Positions 30,078-40,105 of a DNA stretch of 64,000 bases are shown piece after piece. The DNA is from a virus. The stretch lies in the IMG/VR virus record IMGVR_UViG_3300017917_003893, positions 79,337 through 143,336 of that record; one strand, 5' to 3'. The position numbers and the translations under genes were made by a program. Under the pieces are notes generated by a model that had not been told where the DNA came from, made no database searches, and saw only the letters and a program-made list of their open reading frames with translations. Position 1 is the first letter of the stretch. Every line of letters starts with the position of its first letter.

Positions 30078-30479
30078 ATGTCTATTATAGTAAGAAACTC
30101 ACAATTAAATGATGAAACTATGACTTCTTTGAATAAGTTAGTCGATGTTGATATTAATGCTAATGTTGCATTTAAGTTAATGAGAATCATCAAAGAAATA
30201 TCTTCAATAGTTGAAGATAAAAATAAAATGGAGCAAATGATTATAAACAAACATGCTGAAAAGGATGAATCTGGTAAAGTAATACAAGCAAAAGATGACA
30301 ATGGTAATCCTATACCAGGTGGTGTTAATATAAAAGATATGGATGCATTTTCAGCTGATATGGCTAATCTTATGGAAGTTGAAAACGAAATCGGATATGA
30401 TAAGATAAATTTTGAAGATTTAAATCTTAAAACTGCTAAAGTCAAAGATTTAATAAAACTAGAATTCTTATTTAATTGA
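30078..30479 (+). CDS. Hypothetical protein (DUF1617-like, tail-associated)
   Basis: Helical ORF, KHAEKDESG motif; precedes tail genes. Confidence 0.5.
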   Translation: MSIIVRNSQLNDETMTSLNKLVDVDINANVAFKLMRIIKEISSIVEDKNKMEQMIINKHAEKDESGKVIQAKDDNGNPIPGGVNIKDMDAFSADMANLMEVENEIGYDKINFEDLNLKTAKVKDLIKLEFLFN

Positions 30480-30516
30480 TATCTTTAGAAGAAAAACACC
30501 AGTTGTTAAAATATTT

Positions 30517-30548
30517 AAAAAGTCTGATAATAATTATCAGACTTTTTT
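30517..30548 (+). terminator. Intrinsic terminator
   Basis: aaaagtctgataa-taa-ttatcagactttt. Confidence 0.75.
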
Positions 30549-30600
30549 ATTAATAGTTGGTCTTGTTTTTTTAATATATACAAAAAAAGATTAAGACTAA

Positions 30601-32211
30601 ATGCCGGCTACATACAGTATAAATGTTGGACAACCAACAGAAGCTTTTAGAAAGCAAGATATTAATAGTGTTTTATTAGAACTTCCTGATAATACTCAAA
30701 AATTAATATCTCCAAAAGATGTAAGAGATGCTTTTTTAACATCTTGGGCTAACTCTGCTTTTAAACAAACAATCGGTCAAGCCGGTATTGAATATTTAGG
30801 TATTGATTCAGGAAATCCTTCTGATAGAGATATAAAACAAAAAATATTTATTGGTAAAAGAAGTTATACAGGTTCTGATATAATGACTAGTAACTTACTT
30901 AATAACAGTAGCTCAGATATTTATATTTATAATACAAAGCCTGATAATTATTTAACACAAAGTACATCAATAGTTATATTAGCTGGTACAAATTCTACAT
31001 TACATGAATATGCGCCTTATATACATTCAAGTGTGGTTAATTCTGACACAGCTTTAAGTTTAGATTTTATTAACCCTTCATTGTATTCTGGTCCTATAAA
31101 TATTTTTAGTCCAACTGGTAGAGTATCCGTTAACGGTATATTGTTTCCAACTTTATCTGAGACATCAGCTTCTGCTTCAAATGGTAAAATATTAAAATAT
31201 TTTGGTAGTTATCCAAATGGTGTTCTTAGATGGTCAGAGCCTACTGTTAGTTTGGCTTCAATTGGTTCAATTGGTTCACCTACTAATATCTATGGTACTG
31301 TTAGTGTAAATGGATTTCAAGGTAATTCTTTAGAATTTGTTAATTCTAATATTGTTCCTCAAACAATAGGTGGAGTTTCTATAGGTGACTCTTTTGCTTC
31401 TGGTAGTTTTAATGGTCAGAATTGGCCCTTATCAGAGGTTTTAAGAAAAGTTCTTTATCCTTATGTTCCGCCTACTTTATCAATTTCAGTTACAAACGGT
31501 GGTGTTAATTACTTCTCGACAGGTTTAAGTCAGTCAGCCTTATTTAGTTATTCTGTTTTTAGATATTCTAATGCTGTTTCAAACTATAGAATACTAGATA
31601 ACTCTTTAAGTGTTTTAGGAACTTTTTCAAACTTATCATATAATGGTGCTGTTGGAACCGGAGTAAATGCTACATTTTCTTACAATATTTACTCAAATAG
31701 TGATGCTACACAAAGCTATTATATATCCGCTAGAGATAATCAAACATTAATTACTTTTTCACACAGTGCAACGGCTTCTATTAGATTTGCTCATCCAATT
31801 TTTTATGGATTTAGTACTACTTTTATAGACCTATTTGCGTCTGGTGGTGCTGCTGCGACTTTAAGAGCCACACAGAGTGGTGCTTTTATGAATAGCTCAA
31901 CGAGATATATTTATCCTTATTTAGGTCCTTCACAATCTATGTCATTTAAAATAAATGGCTCAGGATATATTTATTTTATGATACCAAATGGAACAGGAAA
32001 TTCTGCTTTTCCTTTGTTATCATTTATTAAAGATCCTAATGGTTTTGTGATACATGACTCTAATAATTTGAGCTTATCTGCATTTACTTACTCTTCTAGC
32101 GTCGCAAATCAAGGTGCTAATAATGTACCTAGTGGTTTAAGTTATAAAGTTTATAGAACAATTGCAACTTGTAGCTATACCGGAAATGGTAATTTTGAAT
32201 TTATATTTTAA
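30601..32211 (+). CDS. Virion structural protein (tail/fibre-associated), paralog of the next gene
   Basis: Ser/Gly/Thr-rich beta composition; shares LxDNTxKxISP...SAFKQT...LYPYxPP with 32215..33735; TAATATATA at 30572. Confidence 0.65.
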   Translation: MPATYSINVGQPTEAFRKQDINSVLLELPDNTQKLISPKDVRDAFLTSWANSAFKQTIGQAGIEYLGIDSGNPSDRDIKQKIFIGKRSYTGSDIMTSNLLNNSSSDIYIYNTKPDNYLTQSTSIVILAGTNSTLHEYAPYIHSSVVNSDTALSLDFINPSLYSGPINIFSPTGRVSVNGILFPTLSETSASASNGKILKYFGSYPNGVLRWSEPTVSLASIGSIGSPTNIYGTVSVNGFQGNSLEFVNSNIVPQTIGGVSIGDSFASGSFNGQNWPLSEVLRKVLYPYVPPTLSISVTNGGVNYFSTGLSQSALFSYSVFRYSNAVSNYRILDNSLSVLGTFSNLSYNGAVGTGVNATFSYNIYSNSDATQSYYISARDNQTLITFSHSATASIRFAHPIFYGFSTTFIDLFASGGAAATLRATQSGAFMNSSTRYIYPYLGPSQSMSFKINGSGYIYFMIPNGTGNSAFPLLSFIKDPNGFVIHDSNNLSLSAFTYSSSVANQGANNVPSGLSYKVYRTIATCSYTGNGNFEFIF

Positions 32212-32214
32212 TAT

Positions 32215-33735
32215 ATGATGACTTATAGTATTAATACAGGAACTTCTACACAAGCAACCACTTATGATATAATTGGTGCAACTTCTGTTGATCTAACCTC
32301 AGTTCTTGAAGCTTTACATGATAATACTAATAAGGAGATAAGCCCTTCGGTTATAAGAAACTCTATTCTAACTGCTTGGTCAAGTTCAGCATTTAAACAA
32401 ACATTGGCTTCTCAATCAAATATTGATTATATAGGAATTGATAATGGTGATACTGATTATACTAATAAAGATGTTAAAAGTAAAATTTATATAGGAAAAA
32501 GATCTTATAATGGTACTTATTCATATTCAGCTAGTGGTGATATTATGACATCTGACATATTGAATAGAACAGAAGATGTATTTTTATTTAATACAAAAAA
32601 AGATACAGTTTCTAATAATAGAACCAGAATATCTATTTTATCTGGTACAAAATCATCTTTATTTACACAGTCTCCTTATATACAATCTCAAATTATAACA
32701 GTTGGTACAAATTCTACACTTTCATTAGATATTGTAAATGATACTACTAGTGGTGGTACTGCTTCTGTTATTTCTTTTAGAAGTGACACTGGTACTGTAT
32801 CAATCAATGATATTGTTTTTCCAACAATACAGGATTCAATTTCAAATGCTTCTGATGATAAAGTTTTAAGTTGGAATAATGGTAATATGATTTGGGATGT
32901 TATGTCATTTTCAGCAGTAAACTATATCGGTGTTACTGGCGGTACAACTAATATATTTGGTTCACCTATTAACATCAACGGTTATCCTTTAGAGTTTACA
33001 GATTCTAATCCGTGTCCAATATCAATAGGTGATATTCAATATGGTGAAACTTTTAATTCAGAGTCTATTATTGATATGTTAACAAGAATAATATATCCTT
33101 ATTTACCACCTAGTTGTTCAATTAGTATAAGACCTCCTTATTCTTCGGGTTATGTTGAAGTTGGTACATCACCAATAGTTGGTATTGATTATAGTATAAC
33201 AAAAAGAAGTCTTCCTACTTTAACAACAGTGTTATCTTATATGATACCTAGTGCATATCCACCAATAACAACTCCTGGTCAAGTAACTATAAATGGATCA
33301 GCTTCAGGTGTTGTTATAACACCTGTTACTAGTGCAACCACATCATTCTCAATTACAGTTAGTGATGGTACTCAATCAGCTTCAGCTAGTACTAATATAA
33401 AAGGAATATATCCTTATTTTTATGGATTTAGTTCTATTTCCACAATGAATACAGCTGGGTTACTTCCACTTACTAAAGTAGTTGAACCACTTGGTGATAA
33501 GTCTGTTGATATTGTTGGTAGTGGTAATTTTTATTTTATGTATGATAGTAATTACCCTGTTTTGAGTAATATATTTGACGAGTTAGGAAATACTGTTTCT
33601 TCTTCTTTTACATCATCTATTGTTACTTTATCATCACCAACCGGTTTATGGGCATCTAAACAATTTAGAGTTTATCAATGGAATGGTGTTTCACAAATTG
33701 GACCACCATCTGTAAATTATCAATTCAAATATTAA
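32215..33735 (+). CDS. Virion structural protein, paralog of the previous gene
   Basis: Colinear similarity to 30601..32211. Confidence 0.65.
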   Translation: MMTYSINTGTSTQATTYDIIGATSVDLTSVLEALHDNTNKEISPSVIRNSILTAWSSSAFKQTLASQSNIDYIGIDNGDTDYTNKDVKSKIYIGKRSYNGTYSYSASGDIMTSDILNRTEDVFLFNTKKDTVSNNRTRISILSGTKSSLFTQSPYIQSQIITVGTNSTLSLDIVNDTTSGGTASVISFRSDTGTVSINDIVFPTIQDSISNASDDKVLSWNNGNMIWDVMSFSAVNYIGVTGGTTNIFGSPININGYPLEFTDSNPCPISIGDIQYGETFNSESIIDMLTRIIYPYLPPSCSISIRPPYSSGYVEVGTSPIVGIDYSITKRSLPTLTTVLSYMIPSAYPPITTPGQVTINGSASGVVITPVTSATTSFSITVSDGTQSASASTNIKGIYPYFYGFSSISTMNTAGLLPLTKVVEPLGDKSVDIVGSGNFYFMYDSNYPVLSNIFDELGNTVSSSFTSSIVTLSSPTGLWASKQFRVYQWNGVSQIGPPSVNYQFKY

Positions 33736-33753
33736 AAATTTTATATATACAAT

Positions 33754-35310
33754 ATGGCAATACAAATTATAGATGGTTTTCAAGTAAACATCGCATCACC
33801 GATAGATAATAGAATAGTAGCTTCTGGTTCTTCTGCTAGAAATTCAATACCTTATAAATATGAAGGTTTAAGAGTTTTTGATTTATCAAATGGAATTCCT
33901 TATGTTTGGTATAATGGTGCTTGGGTATCTGAAAATGCTACAGGTGTTGCTGGTGTTGGTACTACTACTAATTATATTCCTAGATACACATCAACAAATG
34001 TTATAGGTAACAGTATTATTTATCAGTTAGGTTCAAGTATAGGTATTAATACATTAGTACCTAGTGCTACTTTTTCAGTTAATGGTTCTTTAAGTGCTAC
34101 AACTTTAAGTGGTGATGGACAATCACTTACAAATTTAAATGCTTCAAATTTAGCAACAGGAACTGTTGCTCTCAATAGATTACCAAATGGATCTAACGGT
34201 TGGATTTTATCTGGTGGTTCTGGAGTTCCAGCCTATGTTAATCCCACTCAAATAACAGTTGGTACTTCTTCAGTTGCTAACAGTATTGCTATAAATAATA
34301 CAACAACAAACGCTACACATTATTTAACATTTATTTCATCTGGTGCTTGGTCATCAACAAATGCTAATGCGATTATTAGAGCTAATTTAGGTATCGGATA
34401 TAACCCAAGTACTAATATTTTAACTACTGGTGGTATTACAGCGAGTAATTATGTCTCAACACTAAATGGTTTTTACTCATATGGTGGTACACTTTCTAAT
34501 ACCCTTAATACTAAAAAAATATTAATGAATTTGTATATTAATACCGGAAATAATGATAATTTAGAGTTCTCAAAAATAAGAACTACTGGTTCATCTGGTT
34601 GGCAAAATGCTGGTTATAGAATACAGTCTAAAGTTGATTCAAGTGATTTGGGTTATATACAATTTAATGGTAATAACGATACTGGTATTTCATTTGGTAC
34701 TGGATATAGCGCAACTGAAAGATTAAGAATTGATATACTTGGTCGAGTTTTAGCAAATACCACAACTCCAATAAGTAGTAATTGTATCTTACACTTAAAA
34801 AGTGATTCTAGCCTTTATGATGGTTTAGTTCATCAATCTTTTAATGATTCTCATACTATATTTGAATTTAAAAATACATCAGGTGTTCAAAGAGGTCGTA
34901 TAGTTGGTAATGGAACAGGTGCTGTGCTGTATAATACTTCTTCTGATAGAAGATTGAAAGATAATATACAAGAAATGCCTAGTATGTATAATGTGATAAA
35001 AGAATTAAAACCTTCAAAGTTTAACTGGAAATCAGGTAATAAAGAAGACTATGGTTTTATAGCTCAAGATGTATATAGATTAATACCTAATCTTAGAGGT
35101 GAGATAGCATATTGTGATGTTAATAGTGAAGACTTTGATATTGAAAATCCAATTAAAACAGATGGCGATCCTTATTACTATGGTTTAGACTATGGTAAAT
35201 TAACACCATTCTTAACTAAGGCATTACAAGAGACTATTGAAAGGCTTGAGACACTAACTGATAAGATTAAGAACGCTAGTTCTTTAGATGAGTTAAAAAG
35301 TAGTTTATAA
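33754..35310 (+). CDS. Tail fibre with C-terminal intramolecular chaperone (peptidase S74)
   Basis: SSDRRLKDNI, GFIAQD, LDYGKLTPFLTKALQE, coiled coil. Confidence 0.85.
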   Translation: MAIQIIDGFQVNIASPIDNRIVASGSSARNSIPYKYEGLRVFDLSNGIPYVWYNGAWVSENATGVAGVGTTTNYIPRYTSTNVIGNSIIYQLGSSIGINTLVPSATFSVNGSLSATTLSGDGQSLTNLNASNLATGTVALNRLPNGSNGWILSGGSGVPAYVNPTQITVGTSSVANSIAINNTTTNATHYLTFISSGAWSSTNANAIIRANLGIGYNPSTNILTTGGITASNYVSTLNGFYSYGGTLSNTLNTKKILMNLYINTGNNDNLEFSKIRTTGSSGWQNAGYRIQSKVDSSDLGYIQFNGNNDTGISFGTGYSATERLRIDILGRVLANTTTPISSNCILHLKSDSSLYDGLVHQSFNDSHTIFEFKNTSGVQRGRIVGNGTGAVLYNTSSDRRLKDNIQEMPSMYNVIKELKPSKFNWKSGNKEDYGFIAQDVYRLIPNLRGEIAYCDVNSEDFDIENPIKTDGDPYYYGLDYGKLTPFLTKALQETIERLETLTDKIKNASSLDELKSSL

Positions 35311-35994
35311 TTAATCCTCTATCTTTTCAAACCACCAGTTAAAGTAAATAAAGTTGTCATTTATTAGATTGTAATAATCAGACTCATGTTTTATTATTAT
35401 CTTGTTTTCATGAGACCTTACTAATTCAACTTCAATTCCTTTTTCCATTCTTAATTGTTTACCAGTTTCTGTTGAATAACAAGTAATTTCATCATTTAAC
35501 AATCTATACTTACCTGGTTCGGGTTTTAACCAAGTTTTAATTGTTTTTATAATAATACCTTTTATTTTAACAACCCATTCCTTTGTTTGATATAAATCAT
35601 AGTCTTTGAATACTTCTGAGGTTAATTCTGGACTTAAACTTGTTATGTTTTCAACAACTCCCCAATATTCATAGTCATCAATAACAAAAGTTATATAAAC
35701 ATCATAGTTAATATTATTTGATTTAACTATTCTAAGAATCTTCATTTTTTGTACATCTTGATGTTCTAATGCTAATTTACTTTTAAGATTTCTATAAGCA
35801 CTTGTTCCTGATAAGTTATACAATATGTCATTGATTCTAGACATTGCTTGTCTTAAAGCATCTTGATTTTTATCAAATGCGTTTGTTGATAATTGTGGAT
35901 CATCAACATGTACAGATGCTTGTGCTGAATCAGGATTCATTCTTTGAAGATTGAATTCTGTGAATTCTAGAATTAGTCTATTTCTACCTTTCAT
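35311..35994 (-). CDS. Hypothetical protein
   Basis: 227-aa ORF with LILEFTEF N-terminal motif. Confidence 0.65.
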   Translation of the reverse strand: MKGRNRLILEFTEFNLQRMNPDSAQASVHVDDPQLSTNAFDKNQDALRQAMSRINDILYNLSGTSAYRNLKSKLALEHQDVQKMKILRIVKSNNINYDVYITFVIDDYEYWGVVENITSLSPELTSEVFKDYDLYQTKEWVVKIKGIIIKTIKTWLKPEPGKYRLLNDEITCYSTETGKQLRMEKGIEVELVRSHENKIIIKHESDYYNLINDNFIYFNWWFEKIED

Positions 35995-36031
35995 AATTAA
36001 ATATATATATTAAAATACCAAACTATTAATT

Positions 36032-36349
36032 ATGAAAATAAGAAGATTTAATGAAGATGAACAAGTAGATATTTCATCTGAAAGAGTTAATGAAATTATA
36101 GAAGAGTTAAAAGACTTCTCAGCTATTATGAGTGATAAGTCAAAATATGTAGATGCTTTATTAAATGAACTTAATAATTATAAGAGTGATTCCACTAAAG
36201 GAAATGACCAAATAGATGATTCTATAGCGGCTTTGCAAATTGTAAAAAAAGATGCTGATGATTGTAATGATAAGATTGATACAATTGTTAATAATCTTTT
36301 AGATTATAATGATAGTGGTAGAAAGTATATGTATACTGAAAACAAGTAA
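36032..36349 (+). CDS. Hypothetical coiled-coil protein
   Basis: MKIRRFNE N-terminus. Confidence 0.65.
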   Translation: MKIRRFNEDEQVDISSERVNEIIEELKDFSAIMSDKSKYVDALLNELNNYKSDSTKGNDQIDDSIAALQIVKKDADDCNDKIDTIVNNLLDYNDSGRKYMYTENK

Positions 36350-36370
36350 TCAAATTTACTGTATAATCTT

Positions 36371-36505
36371 ATGTCTGTTTGGGAAAATATACCTCTCATT
36401 GATAGAGAATCTATAAAAAAATCTTTGTATAGATTGAATAGAATTCAAAGTAGGAAAAATAAAATTAATAGTATATTTAATGAAGTTAGGAAAGAAGTCA
36501 AGTAA
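36371..36505 (+). CDS. Small protein (44 aa, not in ORF track) with RKNKINSIF tag
   Basis: MSVWENIPLIDRESIKKSLYRLNRIQSRKNKINSIFNEVRKEVK. Confidence 0.55.
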   Translation: MSVWENIPLIDRESIKKSLYRLNRIQSRKNKINSIFNEVRKEVK

Positions 36506-36749
36506 TTTAGAACCTGGTTATGTTTTTGCTCCTTATATTCCAGTGACTTCATCACAAGTAATAGTTGATTACAGTTCTTCTAAAAGAGTTAACAGAAAAA
36601 GAAAGATTAATAACATATTTGATTTGGGTTTAGATATTAAAGATTATGATATATTCTCACCAAGTAAATCAATTATGAGTAGATATTCTAAAAAGATTAT
36701 AAATGCTAATTATTACGGAACTATAGAAATAAAAAAACCCACTTATTAA
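36480..36749 (+). CDS. Mini-protein resembling the C-terminus of T4-like major capsid protein, with inserted RKRKINNIF tag
   Basis: EPGYVFAPYIP and FSPSKSIMSRYSKKIINANYYG resemble gp23-family C-terminal motifs. Confidence 0.6.
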   Translation: MKLGKKSSNLEPGYVFAPYIPVTSSQVIVDYSSSKRVNRKRKINNIFDLGLDIKDYDIFSPSKSIMSRYSKKIINANYYGTIEIKKPTY

Positions 36750-36759
36750 GTGGGTTTTT
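36731..36759. terminator. Bidirectional intrinsic terminator
   Basis: aaaacccactt-att-aagtgggtttt. Confidence 0.8.
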
Positions 36760-36762
36760 AGT

Positions 36763-37323
36763 TTATTTGTTATAAGTTAATTTGTAGATTGTTTTATATT
36801 GTAAAGCTATTAGCTCATCAACTATGTTGTGTATATGTGTATCTTCATCTTTTATACAAGTTCTTTCAGATTTAACAAACTCAACAACTTCTTTGAAATA
36901 GTCTAATCTATCTTTTGATTTAGAATCTGTTGTATCAATTACATCATATCCTTCGATAAGACCGTATTGACCTTGATAAATTTCAACGATATCATCAATG
37001 AATCCAATAACACCATCGTAGTAAGCCTCTAAAGCTAAATGTGCGGCGTGTGAACCCATATCACCTTTAACAGTCCAGTGATAAACTTGTGCCATTTCTC
37101 TACTTTCTAAAAGTTTAGAAATAAATTTTGATATATCTGTAGAATTTGAATTTTCAGGTTTGTCTTCAACCTTTTCTTCATTATCAGTTTCTGGCTTTTG
37201 TTGTTGACCAGACATTAACTTTAATAGTTCTTCTTTTGACATATCTTCATAGTTAGAAGGTAGATTTGATTCTGCCTCAAATATTTTCTTCTTAACCGGT
37301 TTGAATTCAGAAAATTTTCTCAT
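36763..37323 (-). CDS. Ferritin/Dps-like (DUF5856-like) protein
   Basis: YHWTVKG..SHAAHLALEAYYD..DDIVE..YKL. Confidence 0.7.
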   Translation of the reverse strand: MRKFSEFKPVKKKIFEAESNLPSNYEDMSKEELLKLMSGQQQKPETDNEEKVEDKPENSNSTDISKFISKLLESREMAQVYHWTVKGDMGSHAAHLALEAYYDGVIGFIDDIVEIYQGQYGLIEGYDVIDTTDSKSKDRLDYFKEVVEFVKSERTCIKDEDTHIHNIVDELIALQYKTIYKLTYNK

Positions 37324-37365
37324 ATTTCTTTTTAATTTTTATGTTTTATATATTATTTTTCAATA

Positions 37366-37764
37366 TTACTTTAGTGTGTTTAAAAAATGATTGTAATCAA
37401 ATTTTATATCTTCTCTTTTGAATTGAGATATCATATCATTAGCAATCTCCATTCTATTTTCTTTATCTTTTACTTTTTTAAGTATATCTATAATACCAGA
37501 AACCATTTGATAATCATTTCCTTTAATTTCCTTTTTAATTTCTGATTTAGATTCTTTTATAAATGACTCAGAGATTCTATCATCTGTACTTTCAATAAGT
37601 TGAATTGTATAATCATAATTATTTTCAACAGATGCTAGTATAGAGTCAGCAATATATCCAGCTTCTCCTTCATTTTCGGCTGGAATTATTAACTCTACTT
37701 TAGCAAATACTTTATAGTATTTTTCATTTAAGTTATTTTCTAAAATTTTAGTAAATTTTTTCAT
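37366..37764 (-). CDS. Hypothetical protein
   Basis: MKKFTKILE N-terminus; EGEAGY motif. Confidence 0.65.
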   Translation of the reverse strand: MKKFTKILENNLNEKYYKVFAKVELIIPAENEGEAGYIADSILASVENNYDYTIQLIESTDDRISESFIKESKSEIKKEIKGNDYQMVSGIIDILKKVKDKENRMEIANDMISQFKREDIKFDYNHFLNTLK

Positions 37765-38872
37765 TTTGTATATCTGATTTTATTTTTGCAATTTTTTTCT
37801 TCATGTAAGTTCCATTTTGATTAAATTGTTTACCCCAATAATCTATGAATTGTTTACAACTCATTTTCTTTAAAGTATTAATTGATATTATAGGTTCACC
37901 TTTCTGTTCTTTTAACTCTTTCTCATAAACAGAAACCCACATATCTTTTAATCTATCAGCAACATCATCAGGACTATCATTGTCAACTAATAGTGCGTTT
38001 CCTAAATCTTTCCAATTGTGAGATGATATTTCATTTATCAATGATACATAAAAAGAATCAGCATCAAAGTTTTGCATTTCACTAGCCGTTCTGTATATCT
38101 TAAAACTACTTAAATCTTTTTCAGGATATTTTCTTATAAAATAGTGTATTTCTTGTATGTTTGCATTTAGTTCTTGAGCCTCACTTATGTATATATACCT
38201 AAGAAATTCATCACTCCATTTATACCATATTGATTTTGGAAATTTCCATATATTATTTTCAGCATAAGTTAAAGCTGTGTTAAAAGATCTACCATATATG
38301 GGTTTTCTATATTCACCTCTTTTAGGTGACCTAATAGTTCTTTTATAATGCTCGTAGCAATGATTTAACTCATGATATAGTGTTGACCTTATACCATCTA
38401 GTAATTCTTTTTTGTTACTTGGATTATTAATATCAAAATTATTTTTATCTACATCAATACCTACGCTTAATTGTATAATTAAACCAACATCTGCTATTTT
38501 TCTCATTGGTTTTACAATTTTAGAATAGTTTTTCCAATTTTTATTTCCAAATCCTGAGGCATATCCACCTATTGCGACATGGTCGGGATAGTCATACAAA
38601 CTATTAAACTTTCTTTCTGTCATTTTTTTGAATTCAAGTATTAACTCAAATCCAACTACAGGAAAGTCTGCATATTTTTGTTTATCTATAAATGGCGCTA
38701 ATTGTCTATATTTTATATTTAATGTCTCATCTAATGATTTTTCAGATGATTCTAAGAATTCTATAAATTTATAATAAGTTTTCTTATCAAGTAGATCTAC
38801 AAACATGATACTTGATTCTGAGAGACCTTGTCTTTCATTTATTAGAAACTGTTTAAAATTAAAAATCCCCAT
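37748..38872 (-). CDS. Putative zincin-like metalloprotein
   Basis: LYHELNHCYE (HExxH) with downstream E. Confidence 0.6.
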   Translation of the reverse strand: MGIFNFKQFLINERQGLSESSIMFVDLLDKKTYYKFIEFLESSEKSLDETLNIKYRQLAPFIDKQKYADFPVVGFELILEFKKMTERKFNSLYDYPDHVAIGGYASGFGNKNWKNYSKIVKPMRKIADVGLIIQLSVGIDVDKNNFDINNPSNKKELLDGIRSTLYHELNHCYEHYKRTIRSPKRGEYRKPIYGRSFNTALTYAENNIWKFPKSIWYKWSDEFLRYIYISEAQELNANIQEIHYFIRKYPEKDLSSFKIYRTASEMQNFDADSFYVSLINEISSHNWKDLGNALLVDNDSPDDVADRLKDMWVSVYEKELKEQKGEPIISINTLKKMSCKQFIDYWGKQFNQNGTYMKKKIAKIKSDIQNEKIY

Positions 38873-38900
38873 AGACTATATATAAAAATCTATGGGGATT
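38864..38900 (-). promoter_or_regulatory. 12-bp hairpin enclosing a late promoter and occluding the ATG of 37748..38872
   Basis: aatccccataga/tctatggggatt with TTTATATATA in the loop. Confidence 0.6.
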
Positions 38901-38915
38901 AATTTTACTTAATGT

Positions 38916-39344
38916 TTAATTTAATATCTCGTTTATTTGATTTTCTCTTAGTGATTGTAAATCAATATCAGTTTCAACAGCTTCATAGAAGCTCATTCTA
39001 ACCATTTTGTAATACTTTTCACATTCTTCTTCATTAGCCATAGGATGTAGTTTGTTTTCGTAATTATCCCATCTGTTTTTTGATTCTGGCTTGCCGTATT
39101 TGGCTATTAATGATTCATTAAACTCTTCATATTCACTTACATCAACATTTAAAGAATCTTCTAAATCATATGAATATTCTGATAGTGAACACTCTTTATA
39201 TTCTTTTATGTTTAATTCATATACTTTTTTTTCAGCTTCTTGTTTTGTGAATACAATTAAGCTAGGACTACCACCTTCTGTTTCACTGTAGATGTTATCA
39301 TCATACTCAAATCCTTTTTTTAAAATTACAAATCCTTTTTTCAT
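38916..39344 (-). CDS. Hypothetical protein with C-terminal RENQINEILN tag
   Basis: GFEYDD motif; C-terminal motif. Confidence 0.65.
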   Translation of the reverse strand: MKKGFVILKKGFEYDDNIYSETEGGSPSLIVFTKQEAEKKVYELNIKEYKECSLSEYSYDLEDSLNVDVSEYEEFNESLIAKYGKPESKNRWDNYENKLHPMANEEECEKYYKMVRMSFYEAVETDIDLQSLRENQINEILN

Positions 39345-39350
39345 ATTATT

Positions 39351-39836
39351 TTATTTTATTTCAATATTTTTCATCCATTTATTTACTTGACTTTCCGCCA
39401 TATCACAAATTTGTTCTTTTGTAAATCCCATTTGTGACATAATATCAAATATCATAATCAAACAATCTGTCGACTCTAATAGAATATTTTTCTCTATTTG
39501 TTGTTTACTTTCAGTTGTTCTTTTATAATTAATAAGTTTTAATACCTCTGCTGAAAGCTCACCATATTCTTCTCCTAATTTTAGACATCTTTCAATTAAA
39601 CCTGGGTTTTCAAACTTTGAGGCATTCATTACTAAATCATAAACATAATCTATTATAGGCTCAACCTCAACATTTTCATTTGAAAAATCTCCTTTTCTTT
39701 CAAAATCTTCAATTAGAATCTCTAATACAGCTACATTGTTTGATTCTTCTTCTGATAATTCTTTATGAAATATAGACTCTAAATATTCTTGAGCCTTTTT
39801 GTAGTCGTATATTGTTTTTATTGGTTTAATTTTCAT
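39351..39836 (-). CDS. HigA-like N-terminal domain fused to MazG-like NTP pyrophosphohydrolase
   Basis: Start at 39836 gives MKIKPIKTIYDYKKA...LEILIEDFE; C-terminal KLGEEYGEL...ESTD. Confidence 0.65.
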   Translation of the reverse strand: MKIKPIKTIYDYKKAQEYLESIFHKELSEEESNNVAVLEILIEDFERKGDFSNENVEVEPIIDYVYDLVMNASKFENPGLIERCLKLGEEYGELSAEVLKLINYKRTTESKQQIEKNILLESTDCLIMIFDIMSQMGFTKEQICDMAESQVNKWMKNIEIK

Positions 39837-39888
39837 TTTTAACAATTGGAATTTAATATATATGTTGTAAAAAATATAAAGTTTATAT

Positions 39889-40092
39889 ATGGGATTAATT
39901 AAAAAGTTTGACTCTTTTGTATCTGAAAAATTAGTTGCAGAAGCACCTGTCAGTAAGACCATTTCTAAGCCAGTAGTTGAGCCTGAGGTTTCTAGTGAAG
40001 AATCGGCTAAACAAGTAATTGATAGATTATCAAGAATCTATAATGAATTACCAACTGATGAGAAAAAAGAAATAGATAAATATTTCCAATAA
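39889..40092 (+). CDS. Small putative internal virion protein
   Basis: MGLIKKFDSFVSE N-terminus. Confidence 0.6.
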   Translation: MGLIKKFDSFVSEKLVAEAPVSKTISKPVVEPEVSSEESAKQVIDRLSRIYNELPTDEKKEIDKYFQ

Positions 40093-40105
40093 ATTATTTT
40101 AAGAT

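Noticed and set aside
39837-39962. Upstream extensions of track ORFs (39351..39962; likewise 44899..45471, 55743..56303, 43779..44165, 18847..19662)
   Set aside because: Internal ATGs fit domain boundaries, promoter spacing and N-terminal motifs better
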